NCBI GenBank assembly: GCA_963777155.1
Contig: CAVZPM010000021.1
Coordinates: 1-26,566 of the forward strand
Reading direction: 5' to 3'
DNA from: Candidatus Bathyarchaeota archaeon
GTDB lineage: Archaea > Thermoproteota > Bathyarchaeia > Bathyarchaeales > Bathycorpusculaceae
DNA: 26,566 bases
Shown here: positions 7,974 to 16,870 of the stretch, piece after piece
Numbering within the stretch: position 1 is the first letter of the stretch
How the letters are laid out: the number at the start of each line of letters is the position of its first letter
Translations under genes and position numbers: made by a program
Notes under the pieces: generated by a model
What the model saw: only the letters and a program-made list of their open reading frames with translations
What the model was told of the DNA's origin: nothing
Database searches by the model: none

Positions 7974-7999
7974 TCGCACTAATGCGAGTTTTTCTCGCA
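7974..7999. repeat. Three alternating TCGCA/TGCGA motifs forming overlapping inverted repeats
   Basis: TCGCA(7974-78) CTAA TGCGAG(7983-88) TTTTT CTCGCA(7994-99). Confidence 0.6.
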
Positions 8000-8221
8000 A
8001 TGATGAGATTTTTAACTTTATTACTGATTTAGAATTTAGTTGCATGCGGTCTAATAATACTTGTGGTTCCAAGATTCACTAGCAATAAAGTTGAATTTTA
8101 TCACTAAGTCCTTAACTGCACTGCCAGTCTACTAAACAATAGTCGCGTTCATATTGCATCCTGAAGTCAACATGACCCTCCAACTTAAATAATAAAACCG
8201 ATAAAGAACTGAGTGGTCCCA

Positions 8222-9028
8222 ATGAGTCTACATATTAATCCTGATTATGACAAATTGCTGCCACAGATGACTGAGGAAGAATTTAGCCAACTCAAAACAT
8301 CCATCCAAACAGAAGGACAACATTACCCCATAATTGTAAACGAAGACCTCGAAGTCTTAGATGGGCATCATCGATTCCGAGCCTGCATCGAACTTGGCTT
8401 AGAACCAGATTTTGAAGTTCGCAAATTCGATGACAAACTTCTGGAAAAAAAGTTCGTTATCGAAGCCAATCTTAGACGACGCCACCTAAACAACTTCCAG
8501 CTAGTAGAATTAGCGGTACCGCTGTTAGAAATCGAGAAAGCACTTGCAAAGAAGCGTCAATCGAAAGGCGGAAAGAACGGCCGGGATATGCAGTTGGGCT
8601 TAGCGTCTGACGACACTGACCCAACCCTTGAGCCAGAGTTCAAGGCAAAAGCCACGGAAGTTGTCGCCAAAAAAGCTGGCGTTTCCACTCGAACTTTTGA
8701 ACGCGGCAAAAAAATCCTCGAGAAAGCCAGCGAAGACGAGAAACAAAAGTTGCGGGAGGGAAAAACGAGTATTTCTAGAGTCTATCAAGAAATCGTTTCC
8801 AGCGAAAACCCGCAACCCAAAAAAGATGAAACTCATGGAATCCTTGGATCAAATGAGTCTCCTCGTGAAGCACAGAATAGAACTGAGTTACTCGCACTTC
8901 TGGACAGGATGATAAAACAAGAAGTGTTTTGCCCCTCATGTGGCAACTCTATGTTTGAATGCAGCAAATGCCACACATCACTAAAGAAACTACTACAATC
9001 TAAAGATGAAGGGGAAAGTGGTGCTTAG
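8222..9028 (+). CDS. ParB/Srx N-terminal-domain protein with HTH and C-terminal Zn-ribbon
   Basis: LKTSIQTEGQHYPIIV...VLDGHHRFRAC (GxxR motif), EANLRRRHL, HTH-like ATEVVAKKAGVSTRTFER, and C-terminal CPSCG-x5-CSKC. ATG8222 is preferred over GTG8213. Confidence 0.85.
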   Translation: MSLHINPDYDKLLPQMTEEEFSQLKTSIQTEGQHYPIIVNEDLEVLDGHHRFRACIELGLEPDFEVRKFDDKLLEKKFVIEANLRRRHLNNFQLVELAVPLLEIEKALAKKRQSKGGKNGRDMQLGLASDDTDPTLEPEFKAKATEVVAKKAGVSTRTFERGKKILEKASEDEKQKLREGKTSISRVYQEIVSSENPQPKKDETHGILGSNESPREAQNRTELLALLDRMIKQEVFCPSCGNSMFECSKCHTSLKKLLQSKDEGESGA

Positions 9029-9042
9029 CAAAACAACATTGA

Positions 9043-9690
9043 TCACTCAAACAGTTGGGTCATTAGACGTTGTTCAGCTTTCCGTAGATGCTCCACCACA
9101 GTAGAGCCTACAAGTCCAAGTCTCTCCGCGAGCTCCTCTGAGGTTATTTTTCTTGGAATATCATAGTAACCCATTTTGTAGGCTGTCATTATAACTTCTC
9201 TCTGTTTCTCAGTTAACCGGTTAAGTGGTGAGATGGGTGAGAAGTTAGCGTCTGCCAACAGAACCACTCTATATCGGATTCCTAACGTATCAATTTTCTC
9301 CATAAAATCTTTAACCTGTTTCTCATTGCCAAGGAAAGATATTTTGATTTTTCCTTCGCCGATTCCTATTGGCGGAAACAGGTAGCCGCTCTCTATACCG
9401 ATAGCGCTCAAGACGGAGGATAAGCTCGGTCCACCTCGCAGAAACACTAGGTATGCTCCGTTTTTTTGTCGCTCCAGTACCTGTGCTTCAACCAAGAACC
9501 CGTCAGTAAGTAAATCTTCAACTTTTGATGTTGAATCTTTAAACACCACTTCTGAAATTGCCGCAAATTCTTGTGGATCCTGCCGCAGAAAATAGATTAG
9601 TTTCAGGGATTTTATTTTTTTAAACTGCGGTAATTCAATTCCAATTTTGATTAGTTCCTTCTCAAAGACCTCAAGTATTAAGCGTCGCAT
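9043..9690 (-). CDS. Bat/HTH-10 family transcriptional regulator
   Basis: The C-terminal LTEKQREVIMTAYKMGYYDIPRKITSEELAERLGLVGSTVVEHLRKAEQRL is the HTH-10 signature. Confidence 0.9.
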   Translation of the reverse strand: MRRLILEVFEKELIKIGIELPQFKKIKSLKLIYFLRQDPQEFAAISEVVFKDSTSKVEDLLTDGFLVEAQVLERQKNGAYLVFLRGGPSLSSVLSAIGIESGYLFPPIGIGEGKIKISFLGNEKQVKDFMEKIDTLGIRYRVVLLADANFSPISPLNRLTEKQREVIMTAYKMGYYDIPRKITSEELAERLGLVGSTVVEHLRKAEQRLMTQLFE

Positions 9691-9719
9691 GGAGAAATGT
9701 TTGTGTGGCTAAGGATATA

Positions 9720-9745
9720 CTTTTCGAAAAGCCGAGTATACTCGG
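9720..9745. promoter_or_regulatory. Two abutting perfect palindromes; candidate operator
   Basis: CTTTTCGAAAAG (9720-9731) and CCGAGTATACTCGG (9732-9745) lie in the divergent regulator/MMPL intergenic region. Confidence 0.65.
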
Positions 9746-9827
9746 TACAATATTAATCTGATAGCAAAACATCCATACTTGGTTTAAAAAAACATCACAC
9801 TAAATAATTTATAAACAGCTGACGGAC

Positions 9828-12800
9828 ATGGCACAAGAAAAAACAAACTCATTCGGTAAACTGGGTCGACTAATCACAAAGCGTAAGTTCTCTATAATAG
9901 TTGTTTGGATATTGCTGTTGGCAATCATTTTACCAATAGTATTGGCTGCTTCAGGAGTTACCTCTCTGACGATGAATTCATCCACAGAAAGCAGCATTGA
10001 ATCGGCAAAGGCAGGAGACATAATTACTGCTCAATTCCAAAAATCAGTCTCCAACGATTCACTCGTAATAATTATATCGACCAATGATGCCTCCTCATTG
10101 GCTACACAACAGTTCATTGACGAACTGACCCAACGAATTAATGAAAACTCTAGCCTAATTGGACTAGAAAACATAACCAGCGTCTATTCGATTCTGATTC
10201 CAGCTTTAAACGGAACAAACCAGGGTGTTTATGCTGCCTATAAAGGCGGAAACTTGACGTATAATTTACTCTACAGTGTTCCCACGATTTATTCTAATGT
10301 TTGGTTCCAAGCTTACAACACAACTAAAAACGGCCAGTTAGTTCCTGGCTTAAACCAGACTACTCAGGCAGTGTACTCTGTTAAGGAGAACGCGAACATG
10401 ACATATTATTTACTTTATTCTGTTCCAGCCATATACTCGAGTGTCTGGGCGGGAGCTTACACTACCCTTGAAAACGCCAACCTAACCTATAACTTGCTCT
10501 ATGGCCCCCCCGCTATCTACCTGAACTCATGGCAACAAGCAATGGTTCAAACTTCGGGTGATGTAAATCAATCTAACTCTATTGCAAATCAAACAACTGC
10601 ACAGACACTTAATGCAGTTGACCCTACAGCATATACCCAGTATACTTCACACTTGCTTGAAGCCTTCAACACTGCTTGGACCCAAAGCTTCTTAGATTCC
10701 CAAACATCAACATGGACACCTATAGAGCGGGCTACTTTTGCTTCGACCCAAACAAACCAATTATACATTAACACCTTCTTAGCCGGCAACTCTACTGCCC
10801 AAGAGTTTGTAACTGCGTTAACTAACACACTTACCTTTCAGGACTACCTAAACAACGCCAACAACCAAACACAGAATAACGTCGCACTCACCAACTTTAC
10901 AATCCAACTCCTGAATTCTTCTTCATCAAATGATGCTTCCTCAACCGACTCCATAATGGCGCCTCCAGACTCTTACAACTTGGACGCCTATAGTATCAAA
11001 GCTTTCAATGAAGAAGCATTCAGTCAAACGGAGACGATTCTTTCCCAGGCTGACCCTGCCTCGTTCACTCAGTACATTTCGACCTTGCTCAACGAATTTA
11101 ACGCTTCTTGGACATCGAGTTTCCAAAACCCTGAAACACAAACCTTCACATCTACCCAGCGAGCGTCGCTTTCTGCAAACATCACCAACCAACATTACAT
11201 CAGCACAACCTTAGCAGGCAACGCTTCCATGCAGGACTTCGTCACCGCCTTAACACATACTTTCTCACTGGATAGTTTCTTGCTTAATACACAACAGCAG
11301 AATAACGACCAAATTCGAGACTTCGCCATTCAATACATCGCTAAACAGTCAAAGTCGCCAGTTGCCTTCGTAACCGCCGCCTACAATTTAGGCAAAACAC
11401 CATCCAGCGGAGCGCTGGCAGAATTAGCGGACAACGTGATTTGGAACTCACAAAGCTATGGCATGGACAAGTTTGTACCTATGTTTAACAGTATCTCTTA
11501 CAACACAACCAAGAGCATACTCAAAAACATCGATGAATCCTCATACAACGACTACACTTCGCATATGCTAAGTCTCTTCAACGCTTCTTGGTACTCAACG
11601 ATACCAAAACAACCTACATCGACAACATGGATAAACCAAACTGCCTCCGCGGCAGCCGACATTGCAAACTCTCAATTCATCCCAACTTATCTAAACGAAG
11701 GTGCAGATTTCGCAAATCAAATCGCCCACACCCTCCGGTTGCAGGATTACCTCAACGCAAACACAACAGAAACCAACGCTAAACTCAAAACCTTAACCAT
11801 AAGCTATGTTGCCAACCAATCCAGTTTTTCTAAAGAATTAATTACCGCAATATATGGTATGGGCGAAAACGCAACCAACAACGCACTACAAACGTTATCA
11901 GCCAACATAGTTTCTAACTCAAACGTCTACAACATAGGCGAACAATTAAACTCGTTAGTAATCTCGTTTGTTTCTCCTTCAAAGGATGTGACGCTTGTCT
12001 CCGTCACGTTTGATGGGTCAAACGAGAGCAACGTGTTAACCCTCCGAAACATAATTGCTTCGCAGTTAGCGAATCACCCAACCGACATCAACTTGGCTCA
12101 AGTAACAGGTGGCGACGCCTTAAACTACGATTTCGGTCAATCAACTAACAAAGATCTAGAAATCATCTTGCCCATTACCATAGCACTGCTTATCATTGCA
12201 ACAGGTATCTTCTTCCGATCTATCGTAACCCCAATCATTACGTTGGGTACAATTGGCGTTGGGCTTGGGGTGTCCCAGATTTTCCCATACCTAGTTGGTA
12301 CCTACATCAATTCAGTCGACTACACAGTAACTACAGTGCTTATGACGGTGCTCATTGGAGTTGGAACAGATTACAGCATATTCATTCTTGCCCGTCATAG
12401 GGAGGAACGAATTAACGGGTTACCGCTCTTTGAAGCAATAAAGAAATCCATCACTTGGGCAGGGGAAAGCATCGTGACTAGCGGCGCAACCGTAATCATA
12501 TCCTTCTTTGCGCTCGCAACCACCTCAATGATTATGTTGCAAACTATGGGATTAATCGTCGGGTTAGGCATAATCGTTACACTGCTAGCGTCCTTAACTT
12601 TTGCACCAGCCTTAACTGCAATCTTGGGTGATAGAATTTTCTGGCCCAACTCAGGAGAGCGGTTCCAAAGGTATGCATATAGCGTCATCGAGAAAAACAA
12701 GCGCAGAGGCGGTTATTTTGCTAAAAGTGGCAAATTCTCAGTGAAGCATGGTAAAGTAATCATACTCGTGGCGGTCCTCGTCACAATACCTGCCTTTTAC

Positions 12801-13928
12801 GTTTATTCAACGACGACACCAACCTTCAATCTCTTGGGCACTGCATCGAACAGTCTAGAATCAGTTTCCGCCTCAAACACCCTGACAAACTCGTTCGGCG
12901 GAGGCAGATTGATGCCATCATACGTTGTAGTGACCTTTGCAAACCCGATAGTAGGCAATGGTGGCTTTAGCAGTGGTGAAATGGCAACGCTTCAGAGCAT
13001 TTCTTCAGACATAGCCGCCCACATTGGGGTCCAAGAGGTAACTGGACCTACGATGCCATTTGGAGAAGCAGTTGATTACCGCACAATTACAAATAACTCA
13101 GACACAATCACCTACGACGGTATGATAAACGCCGTAAGCAACGACACCCAATCAGCGTTGATAACTGTCAAGTTCACTGTTGACCCATACTCAACCGAAG
13201 CTATGAACTACGCCCAAGAAATACGTTCCAACCTTCACACAAACTACGACAGCGCCAGTAACGTTACAGGAATTTATTTTGGTGGAACAACTGGGGAAAT
13301 ACTGGATACAAGAATGACTTTCGAAAACCAATTCAACTCCATTCTACCAATCGTCGCTTTGGGTGTTGGTATTGTACTATTCGTTGTGTTGGGTTCTCTA
13401 ATTCTGCCAATCTTCGCTGTAGTGTCAGTACTGATGAGTATACTGTGGACTCTTGCTGTTACAGTGATTGTGTTCCAGTCCGCTTTTAACTTTGGATTGT
13501 TATTCATTACTCCATTGATTCTCTTCGTTTTACTGCTAGGCTTAGGCATGGACTATAACATATTTATCCTCACTCGGATACGTGAAGAATCCGCCAAAGG
13601 TCAACATCTAAACGACGCAATCATTAACGCCATTCAGCAAACAGGCGGAATCATCACTGCCGCAGCCATAATCCTTGCTGGTTCACTCGGCACACTACTA
13701 TTATCAAGTAACATGATGCTAAAAGAGATGGGTTTCGCCTTCGCATTTAGCATACTCATCGACGCTCTAGTCGTACGAACCTATCTGGTACCCGCAGTTA
13801 TGTCAACGTTTGGCAAATGGAATTGGTATAACCCCATCAAACGTTTACAACGAATAAAAAACTTAACTGACAAACAACATTCCGCAGAGCAACAAAAAAT
13901 CGAGGAAAACCAGAATAAACCAATTTGA
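9828..13928 (+). CDS. MMPL (RND superfamily) transporter with a large repeat-containing extracytoplasmic insertion
   Basis: Two TM bundles with GVGTDY and GLGMDY motifs. RHREE...ITWAGESIVTSG and RIREE...TGGIITAAA segments. N/T/S/Q-rich first loop of roughly 700 aa. Confidence 0.92.
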   Translation: MAQEKTNSFGKLGRLITKRKFSIIVVWILLLAIILPIVLAASGVTSLTMNSSTESSIESAKAGDIITAQFQKSVSNDSLVIIISTNDASSLATQQFIDELTQRINENSSLIGLENITSVYSILIPALNGTNQGVYAAYKGGNLTYNLLYSVPTIYSNVWFQAYNTTKNGQLVPGLNQTTQAVYSVKENANMTYYLLYSVPAIYSSVWAGAYTTLENANLTYNLLYGPPAIYLNSWQQAMVQTSGDVNQSNSIANQTTAQTLNAVDPTAYTQYTSHLLEAFNTAWTQSFLDSQTSTWTPIERATFASTQTNQLYINTFLAGNSTAQEFVTALTNTLTFQDYLNNANNQTQNNVALTNFTIQLLNSSSSNDASSTDSIMAPPDSYNLDAYSIKAFNEEAFSQTETILSQADPASFTQYISTLLNEFNASWTSSFQNPETQTFTSTQRASLSANITNQHYISTTLAGNASMQDFVTALTHTFSLDSFLLNTQQQNNDQIRDFAIQYIAKQSKSPVAFVTAAYNLGKTPSSGALAELADNVIWNSQSYGMDKFVPMFNSISYNTTKSILKNIDESSYNDYTSHMLSLFNASWYSTIPKQPTSTTWINQTASAAADIANSQFIPTYLNEGADFANQIAHTLRLQDYLNANTTETNAKLKTLTISYVANQSSFSKELITAIYGMGENATNNALQTLSANIVSNSNVYNIGEQLNSLVISFVSPSKDVTLVSVTFDGSNESNVLTLRNIIASQLANHPTDINLAQVTGGDALNYDFGQSTNKDLEIILPITIALLIIATGIFFRSIVTPIITLGTIGVGLGVSQIFPYLVGTYINSVDYTVTTVLMTVLIGVGTDYSIFILARHREERINGLPLFEAIKKSITWAGESIVTSGATVIISFFALATTSMIMLQTMGLIVGLGIIVTLLASLTFAPALTAILGDRIFWPNSGERFQRYAYSVIEKNKRRGGYFAKSGKFSVKHGKVIILVAVLVTIPAFYVYSTTTPTFNLLGTASNSLESVSASNTLTNSFGGGRLMPSYVVVTFANPIVGNGGFSSGEMATLQSISSDIAAHIGVQEVTGPTMPFGEAVDYRTITNNSDTITYDGMINAVSNDTQSALITVKFTVDPYSTEAMNYAQEIRSNLHTNYDSASNVTGIYFGGTTGEILDTRMTFENQFNSILPIVALGVGIVLFVVLGSLILPIFAVVSVLMSILWTLAVTVIVFQSAFNFGLLFITPLILFVLLLGLGMDYNIFILTRIREESAKGQHLNDAIINAIQQTGGIITAAAIILAGSLGTLLLSSNMMLKEMGFAFAFSILIDALVVRTYLVPAVMSTFGKWNWYNPIKRLQRIKNLTDKQHSAEQQKIEENQNKPI
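10251..11870 (+). repeat. Degenerate protein-level repeats inside the MMPL loop (3 short and 3 long)
   Basis: N[LM]TY.LLY..P.IY...W occurs at about 10251, 10395 and 10479. T...L...D...[YF]..Y.S.[LM]L..FN.[AS]W...N..[YF]I.T.L...F...[LI]..T.....[YF]L occurs at about 10595, 11028 and 11508. Confidence 0.8.
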
Positions 13929-14261
13929 GAGCCTTCGTGTTTCCTCAAGTATGTTGCTTGAGATGGAGTAAATGTGAAAGAACCTATTCAGAAGGTGCCC
14001 ATATTTTTTCCGGACATGGAGAATACCTGAAAAGCAATTCTTCCAAGGCAGGGCAAAGCATTCGTTTAATATTAATCATGACTAAAGGAATTTTTTATAA
14101 TGCCCAGAACCTTTTGCCAAAAAACTTTCCGATCAGTTGACCTAACTTATAGTACAGTATTAGTATGTTTACACTTACTTTTCCCTGTATGAATCATTGA
14201 TCGTTTTCTTTTTCTTAAGAGTATTAAATTTTATAAAAGCACCTCATTAAACAGTCGCACT

Positions 14262-14360
14262 TCCTGCGTTATCAAATAGCACGCCAAGGGCTATTTGATT
14301 GTATAAAGCAAATCCAGAGGTTGGTTTGGCCGAGGAAATCAGAGCCTAACCTGCTTTTTT
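14262..14360 (+). ncRNA. Candidate structured small RNA or leader upstream of the FrhB-CBS gene
   Basis: TTTTATAAAA at 14229-14238. Perfect 10-bp stem ATCAAATAGC(14271-80)/GCTATTTGAT(14290-99). Second stem AGGTTGG(14318-24)/CTAACCT(14346-52), then T6 at 14355-60. Confidence 0.35.
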
Positions 14361-14449
14361 GATCCCTCATCTTTTTTTAACTTTTTCCCTGTTTTTAATG
14401 TATCCTTTTAAGAACCCTTGCGCAATTGTTATAAGGATAGGGTTCAACT

Positions 14450-15952
14450 ATGGGAGAAAAAAATGACTCACTCATAGCATACAATATTTTGGAAAAAAAA
14501 ATAATTAACGCCGGATTGTGCACTCTTTGCGGCGCTTGTGAGGCCGCTTGTCCAGTGGGTGCTTTGCATGTTGAAGATGAAAAAGTCAAGCACACCTGCG
14601 ATTGCTCTAAATACATTGATTTATGTACCATGTGCTACGAAATTTGCCCTCATTCAGAAGCGCTTATGATCAGAAGTTTGAGTGCTGTGGCTGATGCTCC
14701 GATAAAGAATGAAGCACTGGGGTGCTACCGTAAAATGGTTCTAGCTCAAGCAGTTGATCCTAAAATAAGGGAACTAAGTCATGGTGGAGGTGTAGTCACT
14801 TCTCTGCTGAAATTCGGTATAGAAACCAAGATTTTTGATAGTGCTATTGTTTCTCAGGGCGAACCTGAAAACCCTGCAAAACCTAAGCCTGCTGTAGCAA
14901 CGGTGCCAGATGATGTACTTTCAGCGATAGGGAGCAAGTTTTTTCCCTCTTCAATAGCCACAGCATACGGAACTGCAGTTAGCTGTTATGGAAAAACTAA
15001 TATTGCCTTTGTTGGAGTGCCCTGTCACGTGCTAGCTCTCCGAAAACTGGGGGCTTGGCAGCATAGAATTAGCGGTAACTTACGAATGACTATTGGGCTC
15101 TTTTGTTTTGGTACACTATCTTTTAGTGCCTTGCTGAAATATCTAAAAGAGAAGTATAATATTGAATTATCGGATATCAAGCAGTTACGCTTGACTTCGG
15201 AACTTGTAATTCAAACAAGTAAAAGCGAACTTAGGCTTCCATTGTCTGAGGTTTCAAACGAAATTTTGCCAAGCTGCCGAAAATGTACCGACTTCACCTC
15301 TGAACTCGCCGACATATCCATTGGAAGCGCTTATCCGTTGAAGGATTGGTCAACGGTTATTATCCGAACAAAAGACGCAGAAGACTTCTTTTATAAAGCG
15401 GTAGAAAACCGTGTTATCAACACGTGGGTTATCGAGGAAGAACCAGATGTCATCGAAGGGGTGATGCTTGCGGCGATGGAAAAACGAAAGTCAGGTCTCA
15501 AAAAAGCTAAAGAAATTGAAGAAAGCACGGGGCATCTTTCAGTATTGCTTAGAGAAACTAGTGCTCTAGCCAGCATAAAGATAGCTGACATTATGACAAA
15601 GAACGTTAAAACTATTCCAGAAACTATGACTGTATCTGAATTCTTACGTCTAATTGCTAGATACCATCATATAGGTTATCCTTTGGTAAATAAAAACGGC
15701 GATCTTGTTGGGTGGGTAACTTTAGAGGAAGCCTCAAGAGTTGACAAAGATAAACGGAGCGAAACATCGGTAGGTCAAATAGCTAGACGAAAGTTGGTAA
15801 GTGCATTTCCTGATGAGACTGCTTTGGATGCATTTAAGAGAATGAGTGAAAACGCAATGGGAAGAGTAGTAATCTTCGACAGGGCTGATCCAAAGAAGGT
15901 TGTGGGTGTCCTTACAAAGACTGACTTGATGTATGCTCTAACGAGGCAGTAA
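14450..15952 (+). CDS. FrhB/FdhB-family (F420 hydrogenase/dehydrogenase beta subunit-like) protein with N-terminal 2x[4Fe-4S] and a C-terminal CBS pair
   Basis: CTLCGACEAACP and C..C.EICP. FrhB motifs GGGVVTSLL, GVPCHV, IGLFCFG and CRKCTDFTSELADISIG. CBS repeats IADIMTKNV...YPLVN...LVGWVT and FPDET...VVGVLTKTDL. Confidence 0.9.
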   Translation: MGEKNDSLIAYNILEKKIINAGLCTLCGACEAACPVGALHVEDEKVKHTCDCSKYIDLCTMCYEICPHSEALMIRSLSAVADAPIKNEALGCYRKMVLAQAVDPKIRELSHGGGVVTSLLKFGIETKIFDSAIVSQGEPENPAKPKPAVATVPDDVLSAIGSKFFPSSIATAYGTAVSCYGKTNIAFVGVPCHVLALRKLGAWQHRISGNLRMTIGLFCFGTLSFSALLKYLKEKYNIELSDIKQLRLTSELVIQTSKSELRLPLSEVSNEILPSCRKCTDFTSELADISIGSAYPLKDWSTVIIRTKDAEDFFYKAVENRVINTWVIEEEPDVIEGVMLAAMEKRKSGLKKAKEIEESTGHLSVLLRETSALASIKIADIMTKNVKTIPETMTVSEFLRLIARYHHIGYPLVNKNGDLVGWVTLEEASRVDKDKRSETSVGQIARRKLVSAFPDETALDAFKRMSENAMGRVVIFDRADPKKVVGVLTKTDLMYALTRQ

Positions 15953-16012
15953 GTAGCCGTTGAATCAAATTTATTAAGGGAATACAGCTTAGGTTACAAG
16001 TTAGCCTTTAGG

Positions 16013-16522
16013 TTGCCCAGATTTATGGCGGAACATCCTATAGACAAAACTCGTAAAACCAGCTTTTTAGCGTTAGCGTTGATGATTATTATTTTTGTTG
16101 CAGCTTTTTTGAGCATCATTTTGAGTTTGATTTATCCCGGGTTTATTGGTTTGTTGTCTGGAAGTACGTATGTTTCTGGTGGTGCCATTTACGACGCTAT
16201 CTATGTCATACTTACAATAGCTACCGATGTTCTCTACCTTTTCGGAGGTATGGTGATAACTTTCGGCGCCATATTAGTGATCGCCCATTTTATTCAGCTA
16301 AAACTCAGGGATCCGTACCAGCCATCGTTTTCTACCCGTACTTTATCTGGGTACTTAACGTTAAGCCTCAACTTTTTTATTGGGGCAGAAATCATCCGTA
16401 CCGTCGCCGTTAGAACGTATGAAGAATTTGCCCTACTTATACTGGTGATACTTAGTAGGGGACTTTTTAGCCTGATTCTCTATATAGAAAGACGTTGGCA
16501 TGGAACAACAGAAACAGAATAG
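16013..16522 (+). CDS. DUF1622-like membrane protein
   Basis: Four hydrophobic segments. R..LSGYLTLSLNFFIGAEIIRTV...EEFALLILVILSR..FS..L..E matches the DUF1622 pattern. ATG16025 is an alternative start. Confidence 0.75.
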   Translation: MPRFMAEHPIDKTRKTSFLALALMIIIFVAAFLSIILSLIYPGFIGLLSGSTYVSGGAIYDAIYVILTIATDVLYLFGGMVITFGAILVIAHFIQLKLRDPYQPSFSTRTLSGYLTLSLNFFIGAEIIRTVAVRTYEEFALLILVILSRGLFSLILYIERRWHGTTETE

Positions 16523-16870
16523 CGCTTGTTTTAGCATCGTTTTTTTGCTAACCGTGAAATTTGCAGATTTCTATTCTTAAAATTCAAAAGAGAGTGCATT
16601 CCTTCTTTGTGAAATAGTCCAGGGAAAACAGCTCAAGTGGAGAGAAGAAAAGACTCTGACAAAAGGCAATAGCGCAACGGCTTCCTAAAGGGCACTCACC
16701 CTCGCAAACAAGCGCTCTGTTTTTCGGAGATACTATTCTAAACCGATTAATGGAAGGAAAAATTTATCTCTACCTATCACATTGTTATAATTATTTAAAA
16801 AGTACAAGAGAGAGGAGCTTTTAAAATGGTTATAAAGAAGCCGCGAAGTTTACCCCATTTAACTTACAAT

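Noticed and set aside
8000-8055. Box C (ATGATGA) with CTGA at 8024 as a C/D guide RNA
   Set aside because: There is no convincing C' or terminal D box, and the would-be guide is AT-rich promoter-like sequence.
4368-9028. PolB, primase and ParB as an integrated element (casposon, pipolin or provirus)
   Set aside because: PolB is a cellular PolB3 type and DnaG is the core archaeal type. No Cas1, integrase, capsid or terminal repeats were seen.
13925-14140. Track ORF of 71 aa after MMPL
   Set aside because: TTG start and no recognisable features; it cannot be supported, although it overlaps the MMPL stop by 4 nt.
16584-16763. Minus-strand 59-codon Cys-rich open frame (VCEGECPLGSRCAIAFC)
   Set aside because: No in-frame ATG, GTG or TTG and no recognisable family.
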